Below, one piece after another: positions 1 to 13,353 of a DNA stretch of 64,000 bases (the stretch's first letter is position 1; every line of letters starts with the position of its first letter). The notes under the pieces are model-generated. The model saw only the letters and a program-made list of their open reading frames with translations. It did no database searches and was not told where the DNA came from. Source of the DNA: Octopus vulgaris. Taxonomy: Eukaryota. The position numbers were made by a program, and so were the translations under genes. Where the stretch lies: the NCBI GenBank assembly GCA_951406725.2, contig OX597814.1, positions 161,138,001-161,202,000 on the forward strand, read 5' to 3'.

Positions 1-231
1 GAATTCTTACAAGCTCCTTTGTTGACCTGTAATTCTTGGTGTCTTCACCAAGAACACTATTTTATTAAAATTTACACTAGATTGTACAGAATGCTGCTTG
101 CATAACCAGGTCTTTGTTCACACTATTTGTACTTCATGGAGTATGTATTCATTCCATTTCTAGCTACATGTGGAGAACATGCTTTGTTTTTATTATTAAA
201 TCTATATAGTCAGAGATAATTAAAATCATGA

Positions 232-360
232 AAGAGTTTCATCCAGCTGTAGAAACTCTGCCAGATCAAGACTGGAGCCTGGTGCAGCTGTCTGGTTCGC
301 CAGCCCTCAGTCAAAATCGTCCAACCCATGGGAAGTGGACGTTAAACGATGATGATGATG
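232..360 (+). mobile_element. 3' tail fragment of RTE-type LINE family (LINE-R), (GAT)n tail
   Basis: catccagctgtagaaac...gtccaacccatg...ggacgttaaacgatgatgat; the same end recurs at 8700-9182, 29840-30128 and 59370-59625. Confidence 0.75.
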
Positions 361-2237
361 TAATGGTATTTGTGCATGCACATGCATGTGTGTATGGAGA
401 CAAGGAGTAAAATTAGAAATAAATGATCAAAATTAAAAATAAATTAATTTTAGTTAAAGAGCCAAAACAAAAATATATCTCAAGGAAATTATCTTTAAAA
501 TTAGAAAAAAAATACTGACATTTGGAAAGCAGCCTAAAACATGAAAATATTTTGACTAAGTTCATGCTCATTTGTTCAGTTTTTTTTTTCTGTACAAAAT
601 TATATATTTGATATGATTGTTTTAATCATTTAAGACTTCTTGTTATTGTTGTTTGACCCTAGGTCAACCCTGATCAAAATGCATTCTGTCTGTGACCATA
701 CCATCTTTTTAGGGAAAATTTTGGACTAAATTTTCTAAAGTGTGCTCCTTGTATTAAAATAGTCACAAATGATTTAAAGGAGATCTAACTACTATTTCCA
801 GTGCATCAAATGCCAAGTAAAAGCATGTATCACAAAGATCACACACACACACACACGCACGCACGCACGCACATACACACAAACACACACACACACACAA
901 ACACAATATAAATTGATTAACTTTCATGCTGGATTATATCTACATTGTATTTCTTTTTTAATCATCTAGATATTTATATTATTCTGACATTTCTCTGTTC
1001 TGTGTTTTCTTGACACTTTGAAATGGTATTTCTCAAAATTCAGGATTTAGCTAACCTGTTAGTTTAGTATAATGTTTCTGGAAACTGCTTTAATGTTATG
1101 TGCCTTTACAGAGTTGAAGAGTTGATCAGTTTCCACAAAGCAGTTTGCCAGTTTTGTTGTCTATTACATTTCTACACTGCATTCAGCTAGAGCTTCTTAC
1201 TACCTTCTTACTCACCTTTCAACACTTTGCTAAATATATTCTGTAACAGACGCATTTGTTATGAAAATTAGCTTCTTTCAAACAATGTTATAGATCTAGG
1301 CAGCTGTTTAGTAAGCTTTGGAGAATATTTCTTCCAACAGGTACTATAATGACTTGAGAATACTAGTTAAAAATAACTTGTGTTTCTATGAGTAATAAAT
1401 TGTGCATATTTCTAATTGCAGTTACTTTGTCTATAAGTAAGCTAAACGAGGGCAGAAATTCCGTTGAAATCTTTGACGCAAATAAACAGATCATCTTCCT
1501 TGTGGCTGTTTTGATTTTCAATAAATTCTCTCTGCTGCCAACACCATCTTCAAAAACAGTGTCACTATGACCAAGTACAGAAAAAAATAAATATATATAA
1601 AAATAAAAGTAAGTTTAAAATAGTTGTTGGTGTAACTTGAATGTAAACGTATACTCTAGGTTTGATGGCATTTTGTAGGGTGTGAGTACACAAAGTATTT
1701 TATAGAGGCTTAATATTTCTGGTACACTTGGTATAATGCAGTGGTTCTCAACTTTTTTGTTTTTAATTCACTACCCTTTCACAGAATGGCATTTCACAGA
1801 TGCCTTCTCACCATGTTTTGAAGAAGAAGAAAAAAAAACAACAGCACAGATTCAAATCAATTTAAATGAAACTGAAGCCAATTTTGCACAGAAGTTTATT
1901 ATCTGTTTTCTTTTCAAAATTCTGTCCAGTATGTGCCTCCATTTAAAGTTTTGCATGGACCAGTTTTCCCTGTGTTAAATTTGTCCAAAAATTATTAAAG
2001 AAAATGAGGACCTATATAATGAAATTATATTTCACTTTGGCGCATCATCATCAGTCACTGATAACCCAATGTTGTATTCTCTATAGATTTGTTTTTAACG
2101 TAAATACTGTATCTGGTTTAGATATTTTATAATGAAAATCATAATCCCTCTAAACATCCAGTGCCCACTTCTCTCATACAGTGTCTACTTCTCCCCCTTG
2201 ACATTTGTTACTCTCTTCTGAGATCACAGTACCTCCA

Positions 2238-2445
2238 AGTGGTGTACTGGCAGAAGTGTTAACATGCTGGGCAAAATGCCTAGGGAATTTTGTTTGTCTT
2301 TATGTTATAAGTTCCAGTTCTACTGAGGCCTACTTTGCCTTTCATCCTTTCAAGTTTGATAAAATAAGTGCTTGTTCTGCACTGGGGTTGATGTAATCAA
2401 CTAGACCCTCCTCCCAAAATTTCAGGCCTTGTACCTATAGTAGAA
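2238..2445 (+). mobile_element. SINE-B copy (diverged)
   Basis: ggtggtgtactggcagaa head and gcctttcatcctt..gataaaataagt core, matching the best copy at 63200-63426. Confidence 0.7.
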
Positions 2446-3769
2446 AGTCGAAAGAATTATCACTTATGATAAGAATCACTGGTACAGGAGAAAACTGTAG
2501 GAATTTGACATATGGTCCATACATTTATAAGCCATTGTGTCCTTGGATAAAGATATCATCTCTTAAGGTCTATTTGATTAAGGTTGGAAAACAATCTTAT
2601 TGAAAGTTAATGCACACTAGTGTAATGTATTACCCCAATGAAAAAGACTCCTCCATTCAGCTTAATCTCTTAAAAAAATCTATGATAAATATCAGTTCTA
2701 TGAGTTGAAATTTAATTTTCCACCATAGGTGACATTTTATTACAAAAATTAATTTGTTGTGTCATTGCTGTTCTCTCCTACTGGCTTTGGTGGATGGCTG
2801 CGTTCACATACAAAATTTCGATACCTGTGTATCATCATTTGACATACATAACAATAGACAAAATCACCAATCTTCATTATGCATATAGTGATATTTTGGT
2901 ATCGGTTTCTGTTTTGTTGATGGATGCCTTTCCTATTGTCAGTCACTTTACAACATGGAATACATGCATTTTATCATGCCATCAGCACTAGAGAAGTTAC
3001 CTGCTAGGATTAAAGAGTCTCCACTACCACATATCAGTTAAATCTATTGTTAGCATTCAGGTCAGGTCTCCAGACAGAGTTTAGCTCCTCCGTCCATCCC
3101 ACCAGTCGCACAGGCCCTGACTGACTCATAAAGGAAAAATAAATAAATAACAGATGCAAATGAAGGGAAATATTTACAGGTTATTGCTTTACAGTGATTA
3201 AAGATATTTCTTATTTTCTAGTAAGGCCAAGGCTTTAAGTCAACCCTGGGCAAAGAATTCTGTTGGTATCTTTCATTTAATTCCTAGCAAAAATGTTTGA
3301 ATTGCTCGTATTTGTGAAGGATCCTTCTATACAGGGACCCCAGGACATCGCTAAATGTGATTTCGTTTAAACCTGACTATTTATCTCTAATTCATATTGA
3401 TATTTCAAATCAAAAATTAAAAAAAAAATGTTCTAAGTTAATGAGCTAACTATAAGTTTATCACCCGGTCTGCTAGAATTTGCAACCAAAACCCTTTCAA
3501 CTTATTCCTCACCATCATTAAAGGAAAACATGTATATTATAAAATTTAATCTGAAAAACAACATACCAGTTAAAAAAATAGGTTATTCATTGTTTAAATG
3601 TTGAGCCAATAATAGAATGTTGACATAAAAATGCGTAAATGCAAATCAACATTGAACAGGGGTGAGGAGGAAGAATTTGAAGGTGATTAATCAGCAATAA
3701 ACAGGTAATAAGTATGTCAATGAGAAAGAACACTTCAGCACACACACATGGAAAACAAAAAACACTTTC

Positions 3770-3998
3770 TTAACCCTTTCATTACTGTATTTATTTTGAA
3801 ATGCTCTGTGCTTTTTTCAATTAATTTTAAATATAACAAAGAATTTAATAAAGTAACTTAGTTATCATTAAGCTAGTGTTAGAAACATAAATTGTGACTA
3901 AGGTTTGGTGGGAGATTTTAGTTCAAAACTTTTGAAAACAAGACATTTGTACCCAGAGCCAGAGCCAGTTTCAGCCTGGTTGGTAACGAAAGGGTTAA
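3770..3998. mobile_element. piggyBac-type MITE family 1 (~225 bp)
   Basis: TTAA|CCCTTTCATTAC ... GTAACGAAAGGG|TTAA: TIRs start CCC and are flanked by TTAA; close copies at 55719-55947 and 58221-58446. Confidence 0.85.
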
Positions 3999-4099
3999 TC
4001 ATAACTCTAATCACGACAAAGTATAACATAGAAGACTGTAGGTGTTTTTTTTATTTACTATCAAGGGGAACAAATAAAGATGGGCTGGCTACATGGTGC

Positions 4100-4335
4100 A
4101 AGTGAAGGACAACAAATAGTTGTCCACATTGTATGACTTAAGCATTATGGACTACAGATGGACAATCAATGTGATGGAATGGACACCAAGACAATGGACA
4201 AGAGCAAGAGACTGACCAAAGACATGGCGAGATGTTGTCACCTGCTACCTGGGGACTACACAGCCATGACTGGCTAGAGACAGACAGTGGTGGAAGGAGT
4301 CCAGGAGGCAGGGGGTTCATTCTTCAGGAATGATG
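4100..4335 (+). mobile_element. Degenerate RTE-type LINE ORF2 C-terminal fragment
   Basis: Translates as DYRWTINVMEWTPRQWTRARD*PKTWRDVVTCYLGTTQP*LARDRQWWKES, the typical RTE C-terminus (RWT..V.EW.PR...R.RGRP..RW.D ... ARDR..W), with stops. Confidence 0.75.
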
Positions 4336-5517
4336 AATCCCTGGATATTGGATATTAGAGTCTGGAGGAAGGGGTAGAGCTCATGATGCTTACAGGCCCT
4401 CTGGGACTGGTAAGATCGATTCCAAGAAACACATGAGTAGAGAGAAGATTCTTGAGGATCAATGTTCTGGAAATTAAAGATTAGGAACAGTGGTTGGTGC
4501 AGGGGGTACCCCTGTTGTATTTCTGTTAATATCTGGAGCTTCAACAATGGACTTACTGCACATAATATAATGATAATAGCAGAAATACCAACATTATAAA
4601 ATACAAACATGATTTTCCAGATTTTCCTTTGTTTCACTTGCCATCTTCATCATCACCACCACCACCACCATCATTGTCATCATCATCATCATCATCACCA
4701 CCACAATGCTAACATCAATGAATAAGTCAATGATGGAGCCTCTATGCAGTTGCTTGGCTTCCTAGAAATCACCCTTGAATCACATCCTACATTCATATAA
4801 AAGAAAGGAAGGATATATTGAACAATGTAGTTTTTGATATGCAAAATAGTAGATGACCAGAGATAATCTAGCAGCAAAATAACAACAACAAGCACTTTCA
4901 AAATTACTAGTGGAACCACTTTGACTAGTAGACAGATGTCAGAATTCAATAACACCACAAATACTGCAATACATAATACAATTCAAAACAATTAGTGTAG
5001 AAACATCATCTCATTACCCCAGAACTTATACCACAAAGCAATATAAAGAAACTGAACAAGGAAATAACAATGAAAAACTATAGAAAGATAGAAAACTGGT
5101 AATTTTATTGTGTCTAAGCCAAGCAAACAGTACACTTTTGAGAAAGTAATTAGCAACATCAATAACTAATGACCACACTTGCTTAATTAATATGTCACAA
5201 TAATTTCAAGTTATGCAACAACCACACTCAACTCCAGTTAGAGATGATGTCACTCATTGTATTTTATCAGGGAGCTCATCACTATTTAAAGAAAAAAGTG
5301 GCATAAGCATGGCTGCCTATAAATGCAGCTACAGCTGTGTGGTTAAGAAGCTCACTTTACAACCATGTGGTTTCAAGTTCAATCCCATTGTGCAGCACCT
5401 TGGGCAAATGTCTTCTGTTACGACTTTGAGCTAACCAATGCTTTATTAGAGAATTTGGTAGACAGAAAGTATGTGGAAGCCTGTTGTGTGTGTGTGTGTA
5501 TGTATGTATACATATAT

Positions 5518-5825
5518 GTGGAAGCGGAATAGCCCAGTGGTTAGGGCAGCGGACTCGCAGTCGTAGGATCGCAGTTTCGATTCCCAGACCGGGCGTTGTG
5601 AGTGTTTATTGAGCGGAAACACCTAAAGCTCCACGAGGCTCTGGCAGGGGGTGGTGGTGGTTCCTGCTGCACTCTTTCACCACAACTTTCTCTCACTCTT
5701 TCTTCTGTTGGCCTGCTCGCTTAGACAGTGGGGTGGCGTCATGTGAAGGCTAAAACAATGTGAAGCGCATTGTGACCAGCGATGTGTAGTAACATCTGAT
5801 AGCCTGGTCGGTCATGGCGATCACG

Positions 5826-5830
<5 letters not shown>
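5518..5830 (+). mobile_element. tRNA-derived SINE-C copy
   Basis: Pol III A box TAGCCCAGTGG and B box GTTTCGATTCC; body shared with 35372-35660 and 41071-41381; CpG-rich, suggesting a young copy. Confidence 0.8.
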
Positions 5831-5857
<27 letters not shown>

Positions 5858-6208
5858 CTAGCAGTATCGCCCGGCGTTGCTGGCGTTTGTAAGGGAAATA
5901 ACTATAAAGCATTTTTTTAGAGTTATAGCCAAAAAATAGCAAAAAAAATGGAAAAAAAATGATGGTAAATTTTTTTTAGAGTTAAAAAATTCTGATTCTC
6001 GACCCCATGTCGAATTTATCGATTTTTTTCAGAACTGGGGGAACTTCTCAAAATTTTCTCTGCGTTAGTTTTGAATTATGACATTGGGCTATGTGTGTGT
6101 CAAGTTTCATCAGAATCGGTTGAAAGCCGTGGTCAGGGTGAGGGTACAACCAAACAGACACACAGACACACACACAGACAAACTGCCGTTTATATAGATA
6201 TATATAGA
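5858..6208 (-). mobile_element. Non-autonomous Helitron (short copy)
   Basis: Minus strand starts TCTATATA..AAACGGCAG and ends in a GC hairpin (cgccagcaacgccgggcg) then CTAG|T; no TSD; both ends shared with 15752-16579. Confidence 0.8.
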
Positions 6209-6217
6209 TAGATAGAT

Positions 6218-6392
6218 ATCATCATTTAATGTCTGTTCTCCATGTTGGCATACATTTTGACAGTTCGATGGGAGCTGGTGAGTGCAGGGACTACTTTAGG
6301 CTTTATTGTCTATTTTGGCATGGTTTCTATGGCTGAATGCCCTTCCTAACACCAACACTTTACAGAGTGTACTGGATGCCCTTTACAACCAC
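6218..6392 (-). mobile_element. LINE-R 3' tail fragment
   Basis: atcatcatttaatgtctg..ccatgttggcat...gaatgcccttcctaacaccaac is the reverse of the LINE-R end. Confidence 0.7.
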
Positions 6393-8419
6393 TAGTGCAT
6401 ATACATCTACGTACACACACACGCACACACACACACACATGTATGTGTATGCAATGGTGTTTGTACCTCACTACTGCTTGACAATCGGTGTTAGTTTGTT
6501 TGCATCCCCATAATGTAATTGTTCAGCACAAGAGATTGATAGAGTTATACCAGACTTTAAAAATATGTACTGAGGTTAATGTATTCAATTGTACTCATCA
6601 AGGTAGTGACTGAAACAAATATTTGATAAAAGAAATAAGAATTACAGTAAACACAATTTTATATTGTAAGTGGCAGGTACAGGTGGATATGTATATGCAT
6701 GAGCAACAGTGAGTTGTCTAATATGCATATCAATGGAAACAGCCTTCCACATTCATTGAATTTTGTACTAATTGATAGTACTATGATATTTTTACATATA
6801 TTACTTAAGAGTCGGATATTCATGACAATTGTCACACAGTAACAGCAAACAAATTCAATTATTGAATACCTTTTCAAAGTCACTTCCCTTACAAAGTGAC
6901 AGAGAGAGGGAGTAGGGAGAAAGAGAGGGGGTGAGAGAGAAGTATGTGCGTCTGAGAGAGAGAGAGAGAATACAATGTATCTTTTACTCAGACCGTAATC
7001 TTGGATCTTTCCTTTTACCAGTATCAGAGAAAGCAATAGAAATTTCCAAAACTGTAAAAGCCCCTGACTTCAGAAAAATTGCAGTCATACACTTAGGCCT
7101 GCCAGCTACTCATACTGCTATTGAATATCTCCAGAATCTTAAAAAGTGGGTATAATTCTAGGAAGGTTGCAATGCAAACAGTAGCACAGAAAGTGGCGAC
7201 CAAGAGGTATCTAGGAGTCATGGCTTGAATGTAGCCCAGCACACTTAGGATGCAAGGAATTAAGGGCTTACATGGGTACAGCTTCTTCTCTGAAGACCTT
7301 CTGCTGTTCACTTCTCTTTAGAGTTTCTTACTACCTAACAATTCCTGAACTTAACATAGATCAAGCTAAATCAGCACTTCACAGGCCTGTCGCCATCTCT
7401 TCCACGTCTAAATTCCTTAGGTAACACATCCTTAACATTGTCAAGTCATATGTTTCTTTTTTTATCTCAGAATGAATTCACACTGCTATACTCAAGTATC
7501 ACATTACTCAAACCTCACACAAAGAATACATGATCTATTGATTCCATATGTGAGCTAGTTTAACTACCATTATCATCGGCATCAATGACACCTTTCCCCA
7601 CCTCCAGGAATAACATTACAAAACATGATAAGTGAACTGTTTCTCAGGTCATCAAGTCTACATAGAACACATAACACTTTTAATCTTAAATCTGTATTTT
7701 CAGAACAGAATATCACCCATTCTTTCTAAATTATACCTACAAAATCTTTATACGTCCTTCCTCTACCCACAAACGTTTACACAGCCTCATGTGCAATTGA
7801 CATTACTATTGCCTTTGAATTCACACATCATTTTTTTTTAGACATAGCTGCACAAACTACTCCAACCTCAAATTAACCACACAGACATCTGGCTCCAAGC
7901 AAATGGACTAAAATTAGCAACTACCAAATTCGTGATCTCTTTCTTATTACCAACAAAACCAGAAAAAGAACAAAGAAGTAAAAAATAACCCCAACCAATC
8001 AGCATACCAAATAGCATAAACACTGCACACACGCATGCATGTGTGTGCTCACTTGCACACACACACACACACACAAGATAAAAGGTACCAGAAACTTTCT
8101 ATTACGTTCATAGCATACATAGAAAACACAGTAAAGAAAGCAAAAATGATGTATAAACACTCTGTGAGCACTTAAGAAGCACATGTTTTTGAACACAAAA
8201 ACACAATAAGCACAAGTGTATACATCTGAAGTAATGGATCTCTGAATCCATATGTCTGTTTGATGAAAGATCACATCAACAATCACATACACACACACAT
8301 ATATATATATATATATGATAAAATGATCCATTCTGATATTGGTTTCTTTTGATAAGGTATAAAGCTAATGTTGAACAGGAAATCATAAAATATTATCGGC
8401 CTGATCAAATTTATCAATG

Positions 8420-8645
8420 TTATTCATCTGCGAACAAGCAAAGAACTAAATGACATTGTGAAATGTATAAAAATTGTTGACATGGAATTGGGCTGGACAC
8501 AACCAAAGGATGAATAGCAACAAATGAATTCTAAAAGATTGCAAAAGAAAGAGTGATACAACAATAAACATGATAGTGGAATGAATTTGATGAATTTCAT
8601 AGAAATTGGGGAAATGTTATAGAGAGGCCTTTTATGTAGCAGTGA
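8420..8645 (+). mobile_element. Highly degenerate RTE-type LINE C-terminal fragment
   Basis: Contains TWNWAGHNQRMNSNK (W.WAGH..R motif) at ~8480-8525, followed by decayed downstream codons. Confidence 0.5.
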
Positions 8646-8699
8646 GAAAGCCATAGCTGATTCAATTGATGTAATCATTTTATTTTATTTTATTTTTTG

Positions 8700-9182
8700 G
8701 TGATATGTATGGCCGAGGACAGCTGTGTATAGAAGTGCTGATCTGTAATTTTGAAGGCAACCTGTGGAAGAGGTAAACCCAGAAAGTCCTGGGATGGGGT
8801 AGTGAAATATGGTCCTTGGTTGTTGAGTCTCATGGAGGCGATGACAAGTGCAGAGTCTCCTGGCAATTTGCTACGTTTGAGAGGACATGTCAAGCCAAGT
8901 GAAATCGTTGTTGTGGCCAGTACTGATGACAGGTAAAAAGCACCTATGCTGATGACACATAAAAAGCACCCATTTTGGTGACATGTAAAAGGCACCTATG
9001 CCGGTGACACATAAATGACACTCAGTATACTTTCTAGAGTGGTTGGAATTAAGAAGTGCATTCATTTGTAGAAACCAAGCCAAAACAGACTGGAGTCTGG
9101 TGCAGCTCTGGTTTACCAGCTCTAGCTAATCAGACTAACCCATGCCAGCATGGAAAACGAACGTCAACTGATGATGATGATG
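8700..9182 (+). mobile_element. LINE-R (RTE-type) ORF2 end plus 3' UTR and (GAT)n tail
   Basis: ORF 8751..8936 KATCGRGKPRKSWDGVVK matches the RTE GRGRPRKTW motif; 3' UTR with aaaaagcacc repeats; GAT tail. Confidence 0.8.
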
Positions 9183-9807
9183 AAATAGTTGATGCATGTT
9201 TTAATGGATGAATGCATGGTTAAGTTAAATTCACTTCACAATCATGAGGTCTCTGGTTCAATCATACTGCATGACATCTTGGTCAAGTGCCTTTCACCAT
9301 AGCCTTGGGTCAATCCAAACCTTGGAATAGAAATTGGGCAGGTGGAGGCTGGTATGATGGTTTGTACCTGTAATTTTAATTGTCAGTATTGTCACACACT
9401 AGTCATACTGATTCTGCCTTAGGTACAAATATCTGTGGAATACTCAGCCACTTATACCATGATTAAATCAGCAGGCTGTTCTATTGAATGAACAACTGTA
9501 ATACTCATTATTCAAACTAATTGGGATCCAATTAGTGTGCTTGTATTTATATCTGTTCCCCCACCCCTTCACCACCATGTAACAACTGGTGTAGGTATAT
9601 TTTATTTCCCCTCAACTTAGTGGTTTAGCAAAAGGAGTTGACAGAATTAGTTCCAGTTTTTAAAAAAAAGTACTTGGTTCAATTTGTTTGACTAAGCCCT
9701 TCAAGGCAATAACCCAGCGTAGCTGCAGTTCAGTGTCTGAGAGAAGTAAACGGTAAGATAAATGATATTTCAGTAAGCTTGTTTTAAATTTATTTTACAT
9801 ATTGTTT

Positions 9808-10018
9808 TCAAAGTTTGGCACAAGGCCAGCAGTTTCAGAAGAGGTGCTAAGTCGATTATATTGATCCCAGTGTTCAACTGGTACTTATTTTATCGATCCT
9901 GAAAGGAGATGAAAGGCAAAGTTGACCCAGTGGAATTTGAACCCAGAGCAATAAACACATGAAATGCTGCTTAGCATTTTATCTGGCATGTTAATGATCC
10001 TGCCAGCTTGCTGCCTTA
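9808..10018 (-). mobile_element. SINE-B copy
   Basis: Core actggtacttattttatcgatcc..gatgaaaggcaaagttgac; flanked by near-perfect TSD tttattttaca(t/c)attg. Confidence 0.8.
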
Positions 10019-11334
10019 AGTTTATTTTACACATTGATAATGATAGCCCCAAGTTTATTTCAACATATGAGCATCCAGCTGCTTGATTAACTGGACAACT
10101 TACGCATTGATTTTAAGGCATGTGAAGTAATTGACTATTTTGCAGTTACCCACTTTGTAATTCTCTGGTAGAAACCGGCATATGTATGACAAGGCACGAT
10201 AGTTTATCTGATGGGCTTCTATAGAATTTCCATCTGTTCAAAATTCAATCACTTTGGGTCAAGTTGATTCTATGGTCAGTACACTTGTTCGAAATATGAA
10301 ATAGTGGGGTCAAAGCCAGGACTTCATTATTGCAAAGCAAACTTTGCAATAATGTTTGCATCCACATCTTAACATATTTATGCATTGTGTAGATGCATAC
10401 TATATCTTTCATATGATATAATCATTAATTTTTACTCAGATTGTTTGCATAAGTTATACCAATTTTTAATTTTAGCAGTATTATTTTACTTTTGTTGTTT
10501 AGCCCCCTACTCAGCTTAGATCAGGGAGACCTGTGATCAAAGGCATTTCAGTTATGACTATGCTGTCTTTTTTCAGGTGTGGTGCACACAGTAGCTTTCT
10601 TTCTGTTATCCAGTGTATGTTTCTTTTTTAAGACTAACATTACAGTGAACACATATAGACTCCTTTCTTAGCTCTTATTGATGTACTCTTTAAAGCACAG
10701 GTGTTATTCTTATCAGTTTGCACACACACTTACACACATCTCTCTCTCTTTCATAGTGGATTGTTGACAGACACCTACACCTTGCTATATAAAGTCTTAT
10801 AGATTTTGTAACATAAATTTGTATAGCTATTATCATTGTAGCTTATCTCATCTTTGTTCAACAATTGCTTTATTGATTAAATATAGGCTTTTGCATGAGT
10901 TAAGTAGAACTAGAAAAGTGCAAATGATGATCTCACAACAGATCCACAAATAAATTGCAGTATATTGCCTCATCTATCTAGATTTTAATTTTAGTTCCTG
11001 CCTGGTTTCATTTGAGATTGATAAAGATATCTATATACCTGGAGTTGATGCAATCAAATATACCACCTACCCACTCCTTTACAAATTCGTGACCTTATAT
11101 CTAAGTCAGAAATCATAACCATATTTGCTTATCAATGTAACTTTTTCCACATAACCATCAACACAACAATTAACATAATAAAAATGGGGAAATTACAATT
11201 AGATAATATGGTCTTGAATGAGTTGATCATAGCTCAAGTGCCTTCAATCATGTCTGCTTGATCCAAGCTTACCTAAGGTTAGTCCGCAACACCAATAACA
11301 TATAGGCAGTAGTTGCAATATAGAACCAAATAAT

Positions 11335-11548
11335 TACTCTTGCTCCTATAGGCACAAGGCTGAAATTTTTGGGGAAGATGTAAGCTGATTGCATCGACCC
11401 TGGTGTTCAACTGGTACTTATTTTATTGAGCCTAAAAGGATGAAAGGCAAAGTGAGCCTTGGTAAAATTTGAAATCTGAATGTAAAGCCAGAAGAAATGC
11501 TATTAAGCATTTTGTCTAGCCTACTAACAATTCTACCTGCTCAGTACC
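11335..11548 (-). mobile_element. SINE-B copy
   Basis: Same core; flanking direct repeat tagaaccaa. Confidence 0.75.
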
Positions 11549-11599
11549 TAGAACCAACTAATAATAATGCCTTTTGAAGAAGGAAAACATTCATCTTCT

Positions 11600-11950
11600 T
11601 CATGTGATACACCTACAGGTATCAGCTATCATAAACATCCACCCTTTTCTGTCCCACATACAGCTCTGTATGTTATTGGTTTGGTGTATCTGTATCCAGC
11701 TGGTAAGGCCATCGAGTATCTACTTTCTCAGTCTTTCCTGGTTTCTCCATCATTTCAATTTTCTGTTTGTCATTAAGTGCTCTAGGTATTTTCTTTTCAT
11801 ATGATGTCCAATAGACATGACCTTGTAATGTCTCCTTATGTTATCAAGAAGTTTTCTGATGGTCTCTGCTCAACAAAAGACTTTGTCATTTGGCACTTTA
11901 TCTGCATAATACACCTTCAGTAGTCATTTAAGGAAAAACATCTCTGCTGC
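11600..11950 (-). mobile_element. Degenerate RTE-clade LINE ORF2 C-terminal fragment (separate family)
   Basis: One frame: AAEMFFLK*LLKVYYADKVPNDKVFC*AETIRKLLDNIRR...IGHHMKRKYLEHL...ILDGLTSW...DRKGWMFMIADTCRCIT*, matching the RTE consensus AAEMWF.RR.L...W.DK..N..V... Confidence 0.8.
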
Positions 11951-12985
11951 AATAACAACAACAACAATAACAACCACTATATCCACCACTACCACCACCT
12001 CACCCTCCTCCTCATCATCACCATCATACAACATCTTGCTTAGTTCACCATTTTCCCTCGCATATGCAAATAATATTTAATGAGTCATCAAGCAAACCTC
12101 AACATGGTGGTCTGACTGCTAGAAATAGCAAGCAAATCTCACTCAGATCACTCCATAACCATCTTAACAAGGACATATTGGGTATACTGTATCTAAAAAA
12201 TTGGATGGTCATTGATGGAACACAGTTGGAACAGTACCTGCTGGTTGTTTATCTCCAGGTGTGTCTTGATTTAGCAGACCTATGATCAATAACATTCCAT
12301 TCCCTGTCTTTTTTTCTAGATACAGTGCAGTTTGGACTCACTTTACTCAATGTGTCTTCTCTAAAGTTAGTAAGGTTGAGAGAGATTTAGCTGCTATTTC
12401 AACCAGTTTTTATAACCACACAGAAGCTCCAGTATTGGCTCATAGGAATACTGTAGATTATAGTGCTGGGTTCAGTTCTTAACTTCAGCTCATTTGCGTC
12501 ATCCTTGGCCTTTGAAGAACCAACAGTGAGCCACACTTAATTAGAGACATCATGAATTCTTACTGGCAAACTGCATACAAAACTGGAAAGGTTACAGAGA
12601 GGAGTGTGAAATGAAAGACAGAGTGGGAGATAGAAAGAAATAAGGTGTGCGTCATATCCAGTATGTATGTTTGCTTTGCATTGTTGCATATAATTATTTC
12701 ATGTATTTCTTTTGACATCACAAATGCAGTAACGACATACTCATTACTCAAGCTGAACTAAATGCTACCAAAACAAAAAGGAATGGTTGAATGAGATCAA
12801 AGGATGTGCAGCAGCTAATTCCCATAACTCAACAATTTCATTTTGTCTTCTGCAAATACTCCATATGTTTCCATTAAATATTTTGATATATTTTCTGTCT
12901 CCATGTTATAACTTGACGTTCAATAATTTCTTGTGCATATTGTTTCTTTCATCTCCAATAGGCACGTGTTATATGCATGCACACA

Positions 12986-13032
<47 letters not shown>

Positions 13033-13084
13033 TGTGCTCTGTTACTATCTCCTCTCCTAAGTATCACCCACCAACAATTTAGAC

Positions 13085-13353
13085 AAGTGGTTCTCAACTG
13101 GGATCCATGTGGCCCCTGACTGTCCATATAAGATTTTGGCGGTCTATGTAACAAAATAGTAATTGAGGATCCATAGTAATATTTTAAGGGCCCTTGAAAT
13201 AGTTTTGCTTTATATGCATGTATTAGTATGTACTACAAGAAACAGCTAGGTTTCTTTCTCTAATATTTTACATATTTCAGTCTACACAAGTTAATGTGTG
13301 AATAAATAGTAACCAAAGAAGTCCATAGGTAAAAAATGGCTTTAGAACTCCTG
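13085..13353. mobile_element. hAT/Charlie-type MITE
   Basis: (c/a)AGTGGTTCTCAAC left TIR, decayed right TIR tttagaactcctg; 8-bp TSD atttagac/atttagtc. Confidence 0.65.

Larger units (their letters stand above)
5323..6640 (+). mobile_element. SINE-A copy split by nested insertions (head ~5323-5485, tail ~6450-6640)
   Basis: Head (gctgtgtggttaagaagct...cttgggcaa...ggtagacagaaa) and tail (ctgcttgacaatcggtgt...tgactgaaacaa) match the intact copy at 48977-49372. Confidence 0.7.

Noticed and set aside
1216-1580. Possible minus-strand exon ending at AAG|GTGAGT
   Set aside because: All three frames contain stops and there is no clear acceptor; cannot be supported as coding.
2018-2059. Minus-strand agtga CTGATGA..GAAA tata ATT tcatt hammerhead-like motif
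   Set aside because: Stem I could pair, but no stem II forms (tgatgcgccaaagt) and there is no second copy to support it.
5518-5595. tRNA gene
   Set aside because: A and B boxes are present, but there is no convincing cloverleaf and the sequence continues into a repeated body; it is a SINE head.
8930-9020. Short direct repeats (tgacacataaaaagcacc) resembling a CRISPR array
   Set aside because: No unique spacers, eukaryotic context, and part of the LINE-R 3' UTR.
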